Below are positions 17,529 through 25,203 of a stretch of DNA of 30,451 nt, piece by piece. Under the pieces are notes generated by a model. It saw nothing but the letters and a program-made list of their open reading frames with translations. It was not told the origin of the DNA and did not search any database. Position numbers and translations under genes: made by a program. Origin of the DNA: Myxococcota bacterium (GTDB taxonomy: Bacteria; Myxococcota_A; UBA796; CAJQPC01); the NCBI GenBank assembly GCA_036229005.1, contig JAZAMN010000041.1, positions 1 to 30,451 of the forward strand. Reading direction: 5' to 3'. The first letter of the stretch is position 1, and the number at the start of each line of letters is the position of its first letter.

Positions 17529-17948
17529 ATGAAGCGGAGCCTGGCGACCCTGCAGCGACTGAGGAAGATCCGTGAGGACCGCGCCGCGTCCAAGCTCCGC
17601 GCCGCCAAGGCCGAGCTGGAGCGACAGCAGCAGACCCTGGAGTCCTTGCGGGATGCCCAGGATCTGGCGGCCCGGGCGAAGCTGGCGACCGCCGCGAACG
17701 CCCAGGAGATCAGCCGGCACATCCTGCAGCTCGAGGCCAAGGCGCGCCGTCAGAGCGAGTCCGTGGAGCGCGCCGAGAGGGCCTGCTCCGCCCGCCGATC
17801 CATCCTGCAGCTCCGCTCGCGCGAGCTCTCCAGCCTGGAGAAGGTGCAGGAGGCGATGGCCGAGGCCGAGGCCGAGGAGACCCGGCGCAAGGAGGCCAAG
17901 GAGCTCTCCGAGCTGGCGATCCAGACCTGGCTCAAGGAGGCCGCGTGA
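17529..17948 (+). CDS. fliJ: Flagellar export chaperone FliJ-like coiled-coil protein
   Basis: 139 aa, LATLQRLRKIREDRA...RELSSLEKVQE...RRKEAKELSELAI pattern; position upstream of the MotE-like gene and fliK. Confidence 0.72.
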   Translation: MKRSLATLQRLRKIREDRAASKLRAAKAELERQQQTLESLRDAQDLAARAKLATAANAQEISRHILQLEAKARRQSESVERAERACSARRSILQLRSRELSSLEKVQEAMAEAEAEETRRKEAKELSELAIQTWLKEAA

Positions 17949-18463
17949 TCCCACTGGGGCTGCCGATCTGGGGGGCCTTGCTGGCCGCCCTCCTGGGCTG
18001 CGGAGGCGAGGCGCTGGGCCAGTCTTCGGGCGTGCCCGGCGGTGGGCCCCGGGCCAGAGGGACCGCCGAGGTGCTCCTGGGTGAGCTGGACAGCCGTGAG
18101 CGCGCCCTGGACCGCCGCGAGGCCAGCCTGGAGGCCCGCGAAGAGGAGCTGCGCAGCGTCGAGGCCGAGCTGGAGGAGCGCCTGACCGAACTGGAGGCCA
18201 TCCGCGCTGAGGTCCAGGAGCTGCTGGCCGAGGCCGACGCCGAGCGCGCCGAGAAGGTCACCAACCTGGTCAAGATGGTCGAGGCCATGCGCTCCGCCCA
18301 GGCCGCCGCCGTGATCGAGGCCCTGGAGCCCGCGCTGGCCGTCGAGGTCCTGGACCAGATGAACCGCACCAAGGCCGGCAAGGCCCTGGCCGCGATGCCC
18401 CCCGCGACCGCCGCCTCCCTGGCCGAGCGAATGACCCGCCGTCCCCTGGAGTCTTCCCCATGA
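17945..18463 (+). CDS. MotE/YlxF/FlbB-like flagellar protein with MgtE N-terminal-like domain
   Basis: N-terminal hydrophobic segment, coiled coil, LVKMVEAMRSAQAAAVIEALEP.LAVEVL.QM...KAGKALAAMPP..AA.L; GTGA-coupled to fliJ. Confidence 0.8.
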   Translation: MIPLGLPIWGALLAALLGCGGEALGQSSGVPGGGPRARGTAEVLLGELDSRERALDRREASLEAREEELRSVEAELEERLTELEAIRAEVQELLAEADAERAEKVTNLVKMVEAMRSAQAAAVIEALEPALAVEVLDQMNRTKAGKALAAMPPATAASLAERMTRRPLESSP

Positions 18464-21400
18464 AGCTCTTCTCCCTCACCCCCTCCCTTCCCCCCACGCT
18501 CCCTGGCGCACCCCAAGCGCCCGGCGCGCCGACCAGCGACTTCCGGGCGCACCTGGACCAGGCCAACAGCGCGCTGGCACCGGAGCCCACCCAGCAGTCC
18601 GCTCCGGCTCAGACCGACCCAGAGCCTGCGGAATCGGCCCCCCAGCGGGCAGAGCACGCCCTCCCTGTGCCGGCGCCGGAGCCCGCGCCGGAGGAGAGCC
18701 CCGCCCAGAGCCTGAGCCTCCAGGCCCCCGAGTCGGCCTGGGTGAGCTCTGTAGGCGCTCCCGTGCCCGACTTCCCGGCGCCCAGCCCGTCGCTGCCACA
18801 GGTCGCAGACCTCAGCACGCCGCCCGCGCCTGCCAGCGACGCTCCGGCGCCGCCCTTGGCTGAGCCCGTTCAGGCCGCGGCCGCGCTGGTGTCCGCTGCA
18901 CCTGAGCGCTCCTCTGAGCCGGCGCCCGTGGCCCAGGCCCTCTCCATTGAGACTCTGCCCTCCCGCCCCGAGGCGAGTCCCCGGGTTGAGGCGGCCCCCG
19001 GCTGGGAGCTCCCCTCGGAGACGGCGCCTCAGCGCCGACCTGCAGCAGAGGTACACGCGACGCTCCCTGAGGGGCCGACTCCCAGCCCCACGCAGGCTCC
19101 GCTCCCGGCGGCTCCCCAGCCTGTGGCCATTGACCAGGCCCTTGACCCGTTGGCGGGGCTCCCCAGCGGCTTGGACCGGGTGGCCCCAGCGGGAGGGCCC
19201 ACTGCGCCAGTGAAGACGGCTTCTGAGCGCGCCTCTTCTGCTCCGGCCGGCCCCGAGGCCCGAATGGAGGCACCCGCCGATCCCCTGGGCGAGCCCAAGC
19301 TCCGGGAGCGAGCCGCCCCCGCCTGGAGCGCTGCCCCCCAGCCCATCTCTGAGAGCACGCCGGTCCCGTCAGCAGTGGTCACGGAGGCAGTCCAGCAACC
19401 TGCGGCGCAGCATCAAACGGTGGCCCCCGAGCTCGCATCCTCAGGCGAATCACCGGAGCTGCCCAGTCAGCCGGCGGTTCTGTACACGGAGGATCTCCGC
19501 ACCGGGGATCTCCCAGCCCCAGCGACGGCCCCCACCTTGGGGGAAGTGGCGCTCACACACGACGCCCCTGCCGGGCCTGCGCCCGCTCCTGCCCTCGCCC
19601 CGGACGCTGCGCTTGGCGCAGCGCCTCAGCCCCCCACCTCGAGCGCAACACTCTCTTCCGAGGCCCCTTCCAGCGCCCCCTGGAGCGCGCTCACGCAGCC
19701 CCCCGCAGGCTCGGAGCAGCCTCCCTCCTCGGCGGCCACCGAGGCCCTCCCGGAGGCTCCCGAGCTGCCCCCCCGGCCCATCTCCGAGGGCCCGGCTGCT
19801 GCCCCCGCGAGCGCAGCGCCCGCAACTCTCCACATCCCGGCTGCGGGACACCAGCAATCGCAGACCGAAGCTCGGCAGCCCGAAGCCCAGACGGGCCTGC
19901 AGGAGGATCCGTCCTGGCGCCAGCCGGCCCCGGACACCGACACGGACCAGGAGGAGCCCCCGCTCACCACCCCACAGCGACGCCCGGCCGCGGCCCTGCC
20001 GGAAGCGGCGGTGGCGCTCGCCACGCCCGATGGGGACCCGAGTCCCGCAGCCGCCGGACGGCGCTCAGCGGCCGGCCCAGACCGAGCACCGGTCACCGCA
20101 GTCTCCCCCTCGGCCCTTGAGCCTGAGGAGGGCGCGGCTGCGGCGTTCGGGGATCCCGATCCAGGGCGGGCCGAGCTCTCCTCGACCTCCACCGAGCAGC
20201 AGCCGCGGCGCGAGCAGGAGGGCGACCAGACTCAAGACGGCCAAGGCGCATGGAGCCTGTTGGCCGGGGTGGGCGCCCCCCTGGCCACCGCCCCCCTGCC
20301 TGCTCCCCCGACAGCCGAGCAGAGCACCGGCATCACGCGCGAGGTCGCCCCACCCGACACAAGCGCCGCAGCAGCGAGCATTGCAGCCGCCCCGAGCCCC
20401 GCGGTTGGCCCCGAGCGCGCCGTCCAGACCGCCAAGGCCTCCGGTCCCGCGAGCAGCTCCCCAGCTCAACCCGCTCCCTCTCGACCTGCTCCCGCTCAGC
20501 GGACGCCTGCACTCTCCCCGAGTGTGGAGCTCGCGGAGCCCGATGCACACGCCGCTCCCACCCGCGTTCAGGTCCCGGTCGACGCCCCCTCCCTGCAGGC
20601 AGCGCCGAGCCAGAGCACGCCCGCACCACCAACCGCGACTGTGGCGGCAGCGGACTCGATTCGCGCGCCCCAACCAGCAGCCGCAGCGGCCTCCGCAGTC
20701 CAGCCTGACACTCCAGATCAGCCCTCGGCGTCGGCAACCCAGCCTGACACTCCAGATCAGCCCCAGGCGTCGGCTGGCCCAGACCTCGCGCCGGTGAGCC
20801 CCCAGGAGGCCTCGGGTGCACAGGAGCCCGCTCAGCCCCGCGAAGCGACAGCGGAGCGGCCGACCACCGAGCCTGCGCCGCCCCAGACGACGCCCTCCAG
20901 TGACGCCCCTCAGGACTGGAGCGAGGCCTGGGCCGCGGCGCCTCCCGTGCCGCTGCAGGCCGCGGGGGAGGCAGCGCCCAGCCTGTCCTCGTCGATGCCC
21001 ACGGTGGCAGGGTTTGTGGGGTCCGCACCGGAGGGCCAGGCGGTGAGCCAGGGGCTCTTCCAACCAGCACCCGCCCCTTCTCCTTCCTGGGAGATCTCGT
21101 CGGCGGCACCAGCCCTGGAGGTCCCCCCTTCGCTGTGGACCACGCCGGAGCTGGAGTCCCCTGATGTGGTGCCCTCCCCAGTGGCGCCCGCTGCCATCGT
21201 GGACGCAGCCGAGCTGCCCGCCGAGCGGATCGACCTGACGACGGAGACGGCCCCGAGCGCTCTCAGCCAGCCCAGCGTCACGCCCCCCCCGCTCTCAGCG
21301 GCCCCGGTGGAGCCCCCCGCTGCTCAGGCCCCCGCTGTGGCTCCCGATGCCACCACCGCAGACGAGCTCCCGGCCCAGGTCCCCGCCTGGCTCGCGCGCC

Positions 21401-22254
21401 TTCGACAGAGCGCACCGAAGAGGTCCTCGGCGCCCAAGCCCTCGGAGACCAGCCCCGAGGAGGCCGGGTCTTCGGAGGCCGGGTCTTCGGGGGTCGGGTT
21501 CGGCGAGCTCAAGCCTGCAGCGCGTGAGGCCACCGTGTCTCCCGCGCTCTCTCAGCCGCGCAGCCCCCAGGCCTTTCTGGACCGGCTCCGCGACGCCGAC
21601 TCGCGGCCGTCCCAGTCGACCTCCGCAGCCCCTCCGCCCTTCTCCCAGCTCCTGCGCAGTCAGGGGCGCCAGAGCCCCGCCATGTTGGAGCTGTCCCGCA
21701 GCCTCTCCCAGCACATGGCGACCCTGGAGACGCCGCAGGCTCGACCCTCCGCTCCCTCCAAGCGCAGGGCTGACCTCAGCGAGCACGAGAGCGAGAGCGA
21801 GGCTCGGGTCTTTGGAGGCACCGCCGCCGAGCCCTTCGACCTGCGTCAGGAGCAGCGGGTACAGCCCAGCGCCCCGTCCGAGGCCTCGTCGATGGATGCC
21901 CGGCCCTCCCCGGCCCAGCTCGAGCAGGCGACTTCTCTCCCCGACGAGCTTGAGGTGGTCCTGGATCCCGAGCTGAGCGTGCGCATGAGCTCCCAGGATC
22001 AGCGCATGGACGTGCACCTTCAGGGGAGCGGCCAGGCCCTGGAGCCGATGGTCGATCTCGAGGGCAGCCTGCAGGACGTCCTGTCCGAGCAGGGCTGGTC
22101 CCTGGGCGAGTTCAGCACCGAGCGCCGGGACTCTGGCCAGCGCCAGCAGCAGCAGGACCCCAACGCCCCCCGCGCCCCGCAGAAGCGCGCCGAGACCGCC
22201 CCAGCCAAGCGCGCCCCCGTGCCGCGCGGTGAACACATCAACCGCCTGATCTGA
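18460..22254 (+). CDS. fliK: Flagellar hook-length control protein FliK-like, exceptionally long (1264 aa)
   Basis: Syntenic position directly before flgD; ATGA-coupled; about 1150 aa of Pro/Ala/Ser/Glu-rich low-complexity sequence; C-terminal compact domain ELEVVLDPELSVRMSSQDQRMDVHLQG...LEGSLQDVLSEQGWSLGEF followed by a Gln-rich tail. Confidence 0.75.
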   Translation: MKLFSLTPSLPPTLPGAPQAPGAPTSDFRAHLDQANSALAPEPTQQSAPAQTDPEPAESAPQRAEHALPVPAPEPAPEESPAQSLSLQAPESAWVSSVGAPVPDFPAPSPSLPQVADLSTPPAPASDAPAPPLAEPVQAAAALVSAAPERSSEPAPVAQALSIETLPSRPEASPRVEAAPGWELPSETAPQRRPAAEVHATLPEGPTPSPTQAPLPAAPQPVAIDQALDPLAGLPSGLDRVAPAGGPTAPVKTASERASSAPAGPEARMEAPADPLGEPKLRERAAPAWSAAPQPISESTPVPSAVVTEAVQQPAAQHQTVAPELASSGESPELPSQPAVLYTEDLRTGDLPAPATAPTLGEVALTHDAPAGPAPAPALAPDAALGAAPQPPTSSATLSSEAPSSAPWSALTQPPAGSEQPPSSAATEALPEAPELPPRPISEGPAAAPASAAPATLHIPAAGHQQSQTEARQPEAQTGLQEDPSWRQPAPDTDTDQEEPPLTTPQRRPAAALPEAAVALATPDGDPSPAAAGRRSAAGPDRAPVTAVSPSALEPEEGAAAAFGDPDPGRAELSSTSTEQQPRREQEGDQTQDGQGAWSLLAGVGAPLATAPLPAPPTAEQSTGITREVAPPDTSAAAASIAAAPSPAVGPERAVQTAKASGPASSSPAQPAPSRPAPAQRTPALSPSVELAEPDAHAAPTRVQVPVDAPSLQAAPSQSTPAPPTATVAAADSIRAPQPAAAAASAVQPDTPDQPSASATQPDTPDQPQASAGPDLAPVSPQEASGAQEPAQPREATAERPTTEPAPPQTTPSSDAPQDWSEAWAAAPPVPLQAAGEAAPSLSSSMPTVAGFVGSAPEGQAVSQGLFQPAPAPSPSWEISSAAPALEVPPSLWTTPELESPDVVPSPVAPAAIVDAAELPAERIDLTTETAPSALSQPSVTPPPLSAAPVEPPAAQAPAVAPDATTADELPAQVPAWLARLRQSAPKRSSAPKPSETSPEEAGSSEAGSSGVGFGELKPAAREATVSPALSQPRSPQAFLDRLRDADSRPSQSTSAAPPPFSQLLRSQGRQSPAMLELSRSLSQHMATLETPQARPSAPSKRRADLSEHESESEARVFGGTAAEPFDLRQEQRVQPSAPSEASSMDARPSPAQLEQATSLPDELEVVLDPELSVRMSSQDQRMDVHLQGSGQALEPMVDLEGSLQDVLSEQGWSLGEFSTERRDSGQRQQQQDPNAPRAPQKRAETAPAKRAPVPRGEHINRLI
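20701..20778 (+). repeat. 39-bp in-frame tandem duplication in fliK (QPDTPDQPxAS)
   Basis: CAGCCTGACACTCCAGATCAGCCC identical at 20701 and 20740. Confidence 0.9.
21460..21489 (+). repeat. Perfect 15-bp in-frame tandem duplication in fliK (EAGSS x2)
   Basis: GAGGCCGGGTCTTCG at 21460 and 21475. Confidence 0.9.
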
Positions 22255-22260
22255 TCCCCC

Positions 22261-22290
22261 CTCAAGTCTCCCGCCCGTCGATCCGAGGGG
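22261..22290 (+). promoter_or_regulatory. Sigma28-like promoter motif upstream of flgD
   Basis: CTCAAG(22261-22266)-N13-GATCCGAGGGG(22280-22290); same spacing and 11-mer as upstream of flgE. Confidence 0.55.
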
Positions 22291-22315
22291 CAACAGACAG
22301 ACCCCAGGAGCTCCC

Positions 22316-22996
22316 ATGTCCATCACCGGAATCGCAGGCGTCGCCGACGCGAGCGCCCTCGAGGCAGCCAACGCCGTCACGCAGGGCGGCGCGGAGCTGG
22401 ACCGCAACTCCTTCCTGAACCTGCTCACCACGCAGATGCAGTACCAGGACCCGCTGGACCCCATGAAGAACGAAGAGATGGTCGCCCAGCTCGCGACCTT
22501 CTCCAGCCTCGAGCAGCTCATGGACATCAGCTCGGCGACGGAGACCAACACGGCGACGGTCGCCAACCTGACCAACATCACCATGGCCAGCCTGGTCGGG
22601 ACCGAGGTCCTGGCGGTCGGCGACACCCTGCCCTACGACGGCGAGGGGGGTGACCTGGACCTGCACTTCGTCTCCAGCGGCAAGGCCACCGCCACCGTCA
22701 ACGTCTACGACGAGACGGGCAAGCTGGTCCACTCCGCGGAGATCGCCGTCGAAGAGGGAGACGGCAGCTACACCTGGGACGGTGAGGACCTCTCCGGACA
22801 GACCGCCGAAGAGGGCGACTACACCTTCGAGGTCAAGACCAACGACGGCAGCGACGTCACCATCGACGAGCGGATCAAGGGCATGGTGGACTCCATGGAC
22901 TACAGCACCGGCACCCCGCTCCCCACCGTGGATGGCGTCCCCGTCAGCCTGAGCGACCTGATCCGCCTGACCGTGCCCGACGGCGAGGGGGCCTGA
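22316..22996 (+). CDS. flgD: Flagellar hook capping/assembly protein
   Basis: LDRNSFLNLLTTQMQYQDPLDPMKNEEMVAQLATFSSLEQL; Ig-like YTWDGEDLSG....GDYTFEV; AGGAG RBS. Confidence 0.96.
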   Translation: MSITGIAGVADASALEAANAVTQGGAELDRNSFLNLLTTQMQYQDPLDPMKNEEMVAQLATFSSLEQLMDISSATETNTATVANLTNITMASLVGTEVLAVGDTLPYDGEGGDLDLHFVSSGKATATVNVYDETGKLVHSAEIAVEEGDGSYTWDGEDLSGQTAEEGDYTFEVKTNDGSDVTIDERIKGMVDSMDYSTGTPLPTVDGVPVSLSDLIRLTVPDGEGA

Positions 22997-22997
22997 G

Positions 22998-23411
22998 ATG
23001 GATCTGGACAGCCTCTATACCCAGCTCGTCCGGGGCCCCGGACAGGCCAGACCGGCCGATCCCCTCGCCCGGCCGCCCAGCAGCGACGCCTTCGCCGGTG
23101 AGTTGGACCGCCTGCTCCAGGGTGAGTCCGAAGCCGCCAAGGCGCCCCAGACCGAGCCCGTCAAGCTCTCTCGCCACGCCGCGGCCCGCCTGGAGTCCCG
23201 AGGCATCGAGCTGGGCGAAGAGGACCTGGAGCGTGTCGGCAAGGCCATCGATCAGCTCGCCGGCAAGGGCGCCCGCGAGTCCCTGGTGCTGCTGGACGAC
23301 ACCGCGCTGATCGTCGGCGTGCCCAAGCGCACCGTGATCACCGCGATGCCCCGCGACGAGGCCGTCGGGAACCTCTTCACGGGGATCGACTCGGCGGTGG
23401 TCGCGGCCTGA
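22998..23411 (+). CDS. Flagellar operon protein, TIGR02530 family
   Basis: VKLSRHAAARLESRGIEL, KGARESLVLLDDTALIV.V..RTVITAM, NLFTGIDSAVV; position after flgD. Confidence 0.9.
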   Translation: MDLDSLYTQLVRGPGQARPADPLARPPSSDAFAGELDRLLQGESEAAKAPQTEPVKLSRHAAARLESRGIELGEEDLERVGKAIDQLAGKGARESLVLLDDTALIVGVPKRTVITAMPRDEAVGNLFTGIDSAVVAA

Positions 23412-23445
23412 GGGCCTCCCCCTCAAGCCCCAACCACTGCAGGCC

Positions 23446-23976
23446 CTACCACTGCAGAATGGTGCGGCCCTCGACGATGTCCTCGCAGGTGTCGCCCGTG
23501 CGGCAGTACTGAACGACCTCGCCCTGACCGGGCTGACCGTCCGGGAGGATGGCCGCCGTCATGCGCCGGAAGCAGCCGCAGGAGTAGTCGTCCACGGGGA
23601 CCTCCATGTCGGCCTGCAGGTAGGACAGCTCCTCGGAGTGCAGCAGGTGGCCCTCAAAGACGCCAGCGCCCATGGTGAGGGAGTCCAGCGTGGCCACGGT
23701 CTCCCAGCTCCAGGCCGGCGAGCACTCATCGCCCACCAGAGTGAGCCCCACAGCCGACACGCTCTCGCTGTCCGTCTCCAAGGTGAGCAGGGAGTCGTCC
23801 TCGATCAGCACGTAGCGGTCACCCAGCGACGCCAGCGCCGCATCCGGCTGACCGAGCGCCGCGACCGAGGTGTCGTAGTCGCCCTGACACAGTCCCAGGA
23901 CCTCGCCTCCAGCCTGCGCGGTGTCCAGCTCGACCGGGGTCCCGAAAGAACACCCGAAGATCGCCCAAAGAATCAT
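23446..23976 (-). CDS. Hypothetical Cys-rich putative lipoprotein
   Basis: MILWAIFGC N-terminus; GGAGG RBS; acidic, several Cys; antisense to the flagellar genes. Confidence 0.65.
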   Translation of the reverse strand: MILWAIFGCSFGTPVELDTAQAGGEVLGLCQGDYDTSVAALGQPDAALASLGDRYVLIEDDSLLTLETDSESVSAVGLTLVGDECSPAWSWETVATLDSLTMGAGVFEGHLLHSEELSYLQADMEVPVDDYSCGCFRRMTAAILPDGQPGQGEVVQYCRTGDTCEDIVEGRTILQW

Positions 23977-24047
23977 CTCGCCCTCCGATTTTGAGCCTCA
24001 CCCTGCAGGCTCAGAGGGGGGGTCCGCATGAATTTGTCTGAAATATG

Positions 24048-25007
24048 TCAGATGCCCCTGCAGAACTCCACCAAGGCGCCCTGCACCTCCTGGGTGCGGG
24101 AGGGAGAGAGGATCGCGCCCGCCAGCACATGCCCGTTCTCACCGCTTGTGTAGGGCACCACCACCACATCCCCCTGCGGGAGCCCCTCCGCAAACGAGGT
24201 CACCGCGGCCTGATCCACCACGTGGTCAGCGTCCGATCGCAGCACCAGGGTGGGCAGCTCCAGGGTGGCGGGATCGACCTCTCGGGCGGCCTGCACGATC
24301 AGCATCATCTCGACGACGGCCTGGATCTCGTAGGTGGTGGTCCAGTGCTGGGCCTGCGCGGGGCTGCTGGGCTCCCAGGAGTAGGGCGCCAGCAAGCGCG
24401 TGAGCAGCAGCTCGCCCCAGGGGAGCAGCCCGAGCTCGGTCGCGCGGTTCTGGGGGCCAAAGTTCGGATTGATGAGCACCAGGCCCGCGAGCTCGGTGGA
24501 CGGGGCCTCGATCACCGCGAGGGTGCCCCCGGTGGAGGTCCCCACGACCACGACCCGCTCCCCCAGGAGCTGCCCGACCTGGATGGCGCGGCGGGTCTCC
24601 GCGACCCACTGCTCAGCGCGGGCGCCGCCCATCGCGTCGCTGCCCCGACCGTGCCCTGCCAGCAGGGGCATGTAGAGGTTGGCCCCCAGCTCGGCGGCGG
24701 CCTGGGTCATGACCGGCTCGATCTCCATGGGGCTGGCGGAGAAGCCGTGCAGGTAGACCAGGGCCAGGGGGGTGCGCCGGCCCGGCTCCGCACCCCAGTG
24801 GAGCTGGCTGTGGTTGCCCGGCAGGACGGTGTCCTCGCTGGTGTCCTGATCCTGTACCCATTGGGGTAGGCCTGAGAGGGAGGTCGGTGGGGGCGTGAGC
24901 TCTGGGGGGCTCCCCATCTTCGCCCTCGGCCCCAGCAGAGCGAGCAGCGAGATGCCCAGACCGAGGCCAGAGAAGGTCAGGAGAATGCGGCGTTTGCGGG
25001 GGCTCAT
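24048..25007 (-). CDS. Membrane-anchored alpha/beta hydrolase (carboxylesterase/lysophospholipase-like)
   Basis: MSPRKRRILL + TM segment; LVYLHGFSASPME, LAGHG, GTSTGG nucleophile, SDADHVV, GHVLAG; TAGTCT 7 nt upstream of ATG 25007. Confidence 0.88.
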   Translation of the reverse strand: MSPRKRRILLTFSGLGLGISLLALLGPRAKMGSPPELTPPPTSLSGLPQWVQDQDTSEDTVLPGNHSQLHWGAEPGRRTPLALVYLHGFSASPMEIEPVMTQAAAELGANLYMPLLAGHGRGSDAMGGARAEQWVAETRRAIQVGQLLGERVVVVGTSTGGTLAVIEAPSTELAGLVLINPNFGPQNRATELGLLPWGELLLTRLLAPYSWEPSSPAQAQHWTTTYEIQAVVEMMLIVQAAREVDPATLELPTLVLRSDADHVVDQAAVTSFAEGLPQGDVVVVPYTSGENGHVLAGAILSPSRTQEVQGALVEFCRGI

Positions 25008-25050
25008 CCGGCCCAGACTACACCCGCGGGAGAAAAAAAGGATCCGGGGG

Positions 25051-25080
25051 CTAAACGGCTTCGGCGAGAGATCCGAGGGG
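25051..25080 (+). promoter_or_regulatory. Sigma28-like promoter motif upstream of flgE
   Basis: CTAAAC(25051-25056)-N13-GATCCGAGGGG(25070-25080), i.e. TAAA-N16-TCCGAGGG. Confidence 0.6.
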
Positions 25081-25203
25081 TGATTCACGGGAGGCATCAG
25101 ACGGATGCCAACCACTTCCGGGCCGGACCAAGGAACTCCCAAGGAGGCCCGGGAAGCGACACCCGACGCGTGCCGCTTCACACCCCTTGTCTGGAGATCC
25201 AAC

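Noticed and set aside
16383..17954. 768-aa ORF suggesting a large fusion to the esterase
   Set aside because: The upstream part is an off-frame read-through over the aldolase gene and antisense to fliJ; only 15648-16382 looks like a protein.
18476..22265. Many overlapping alternative ORFs within fliK
   Set aside because: They are low-complexity GC-rich frame shadows with no RBS or motif support.
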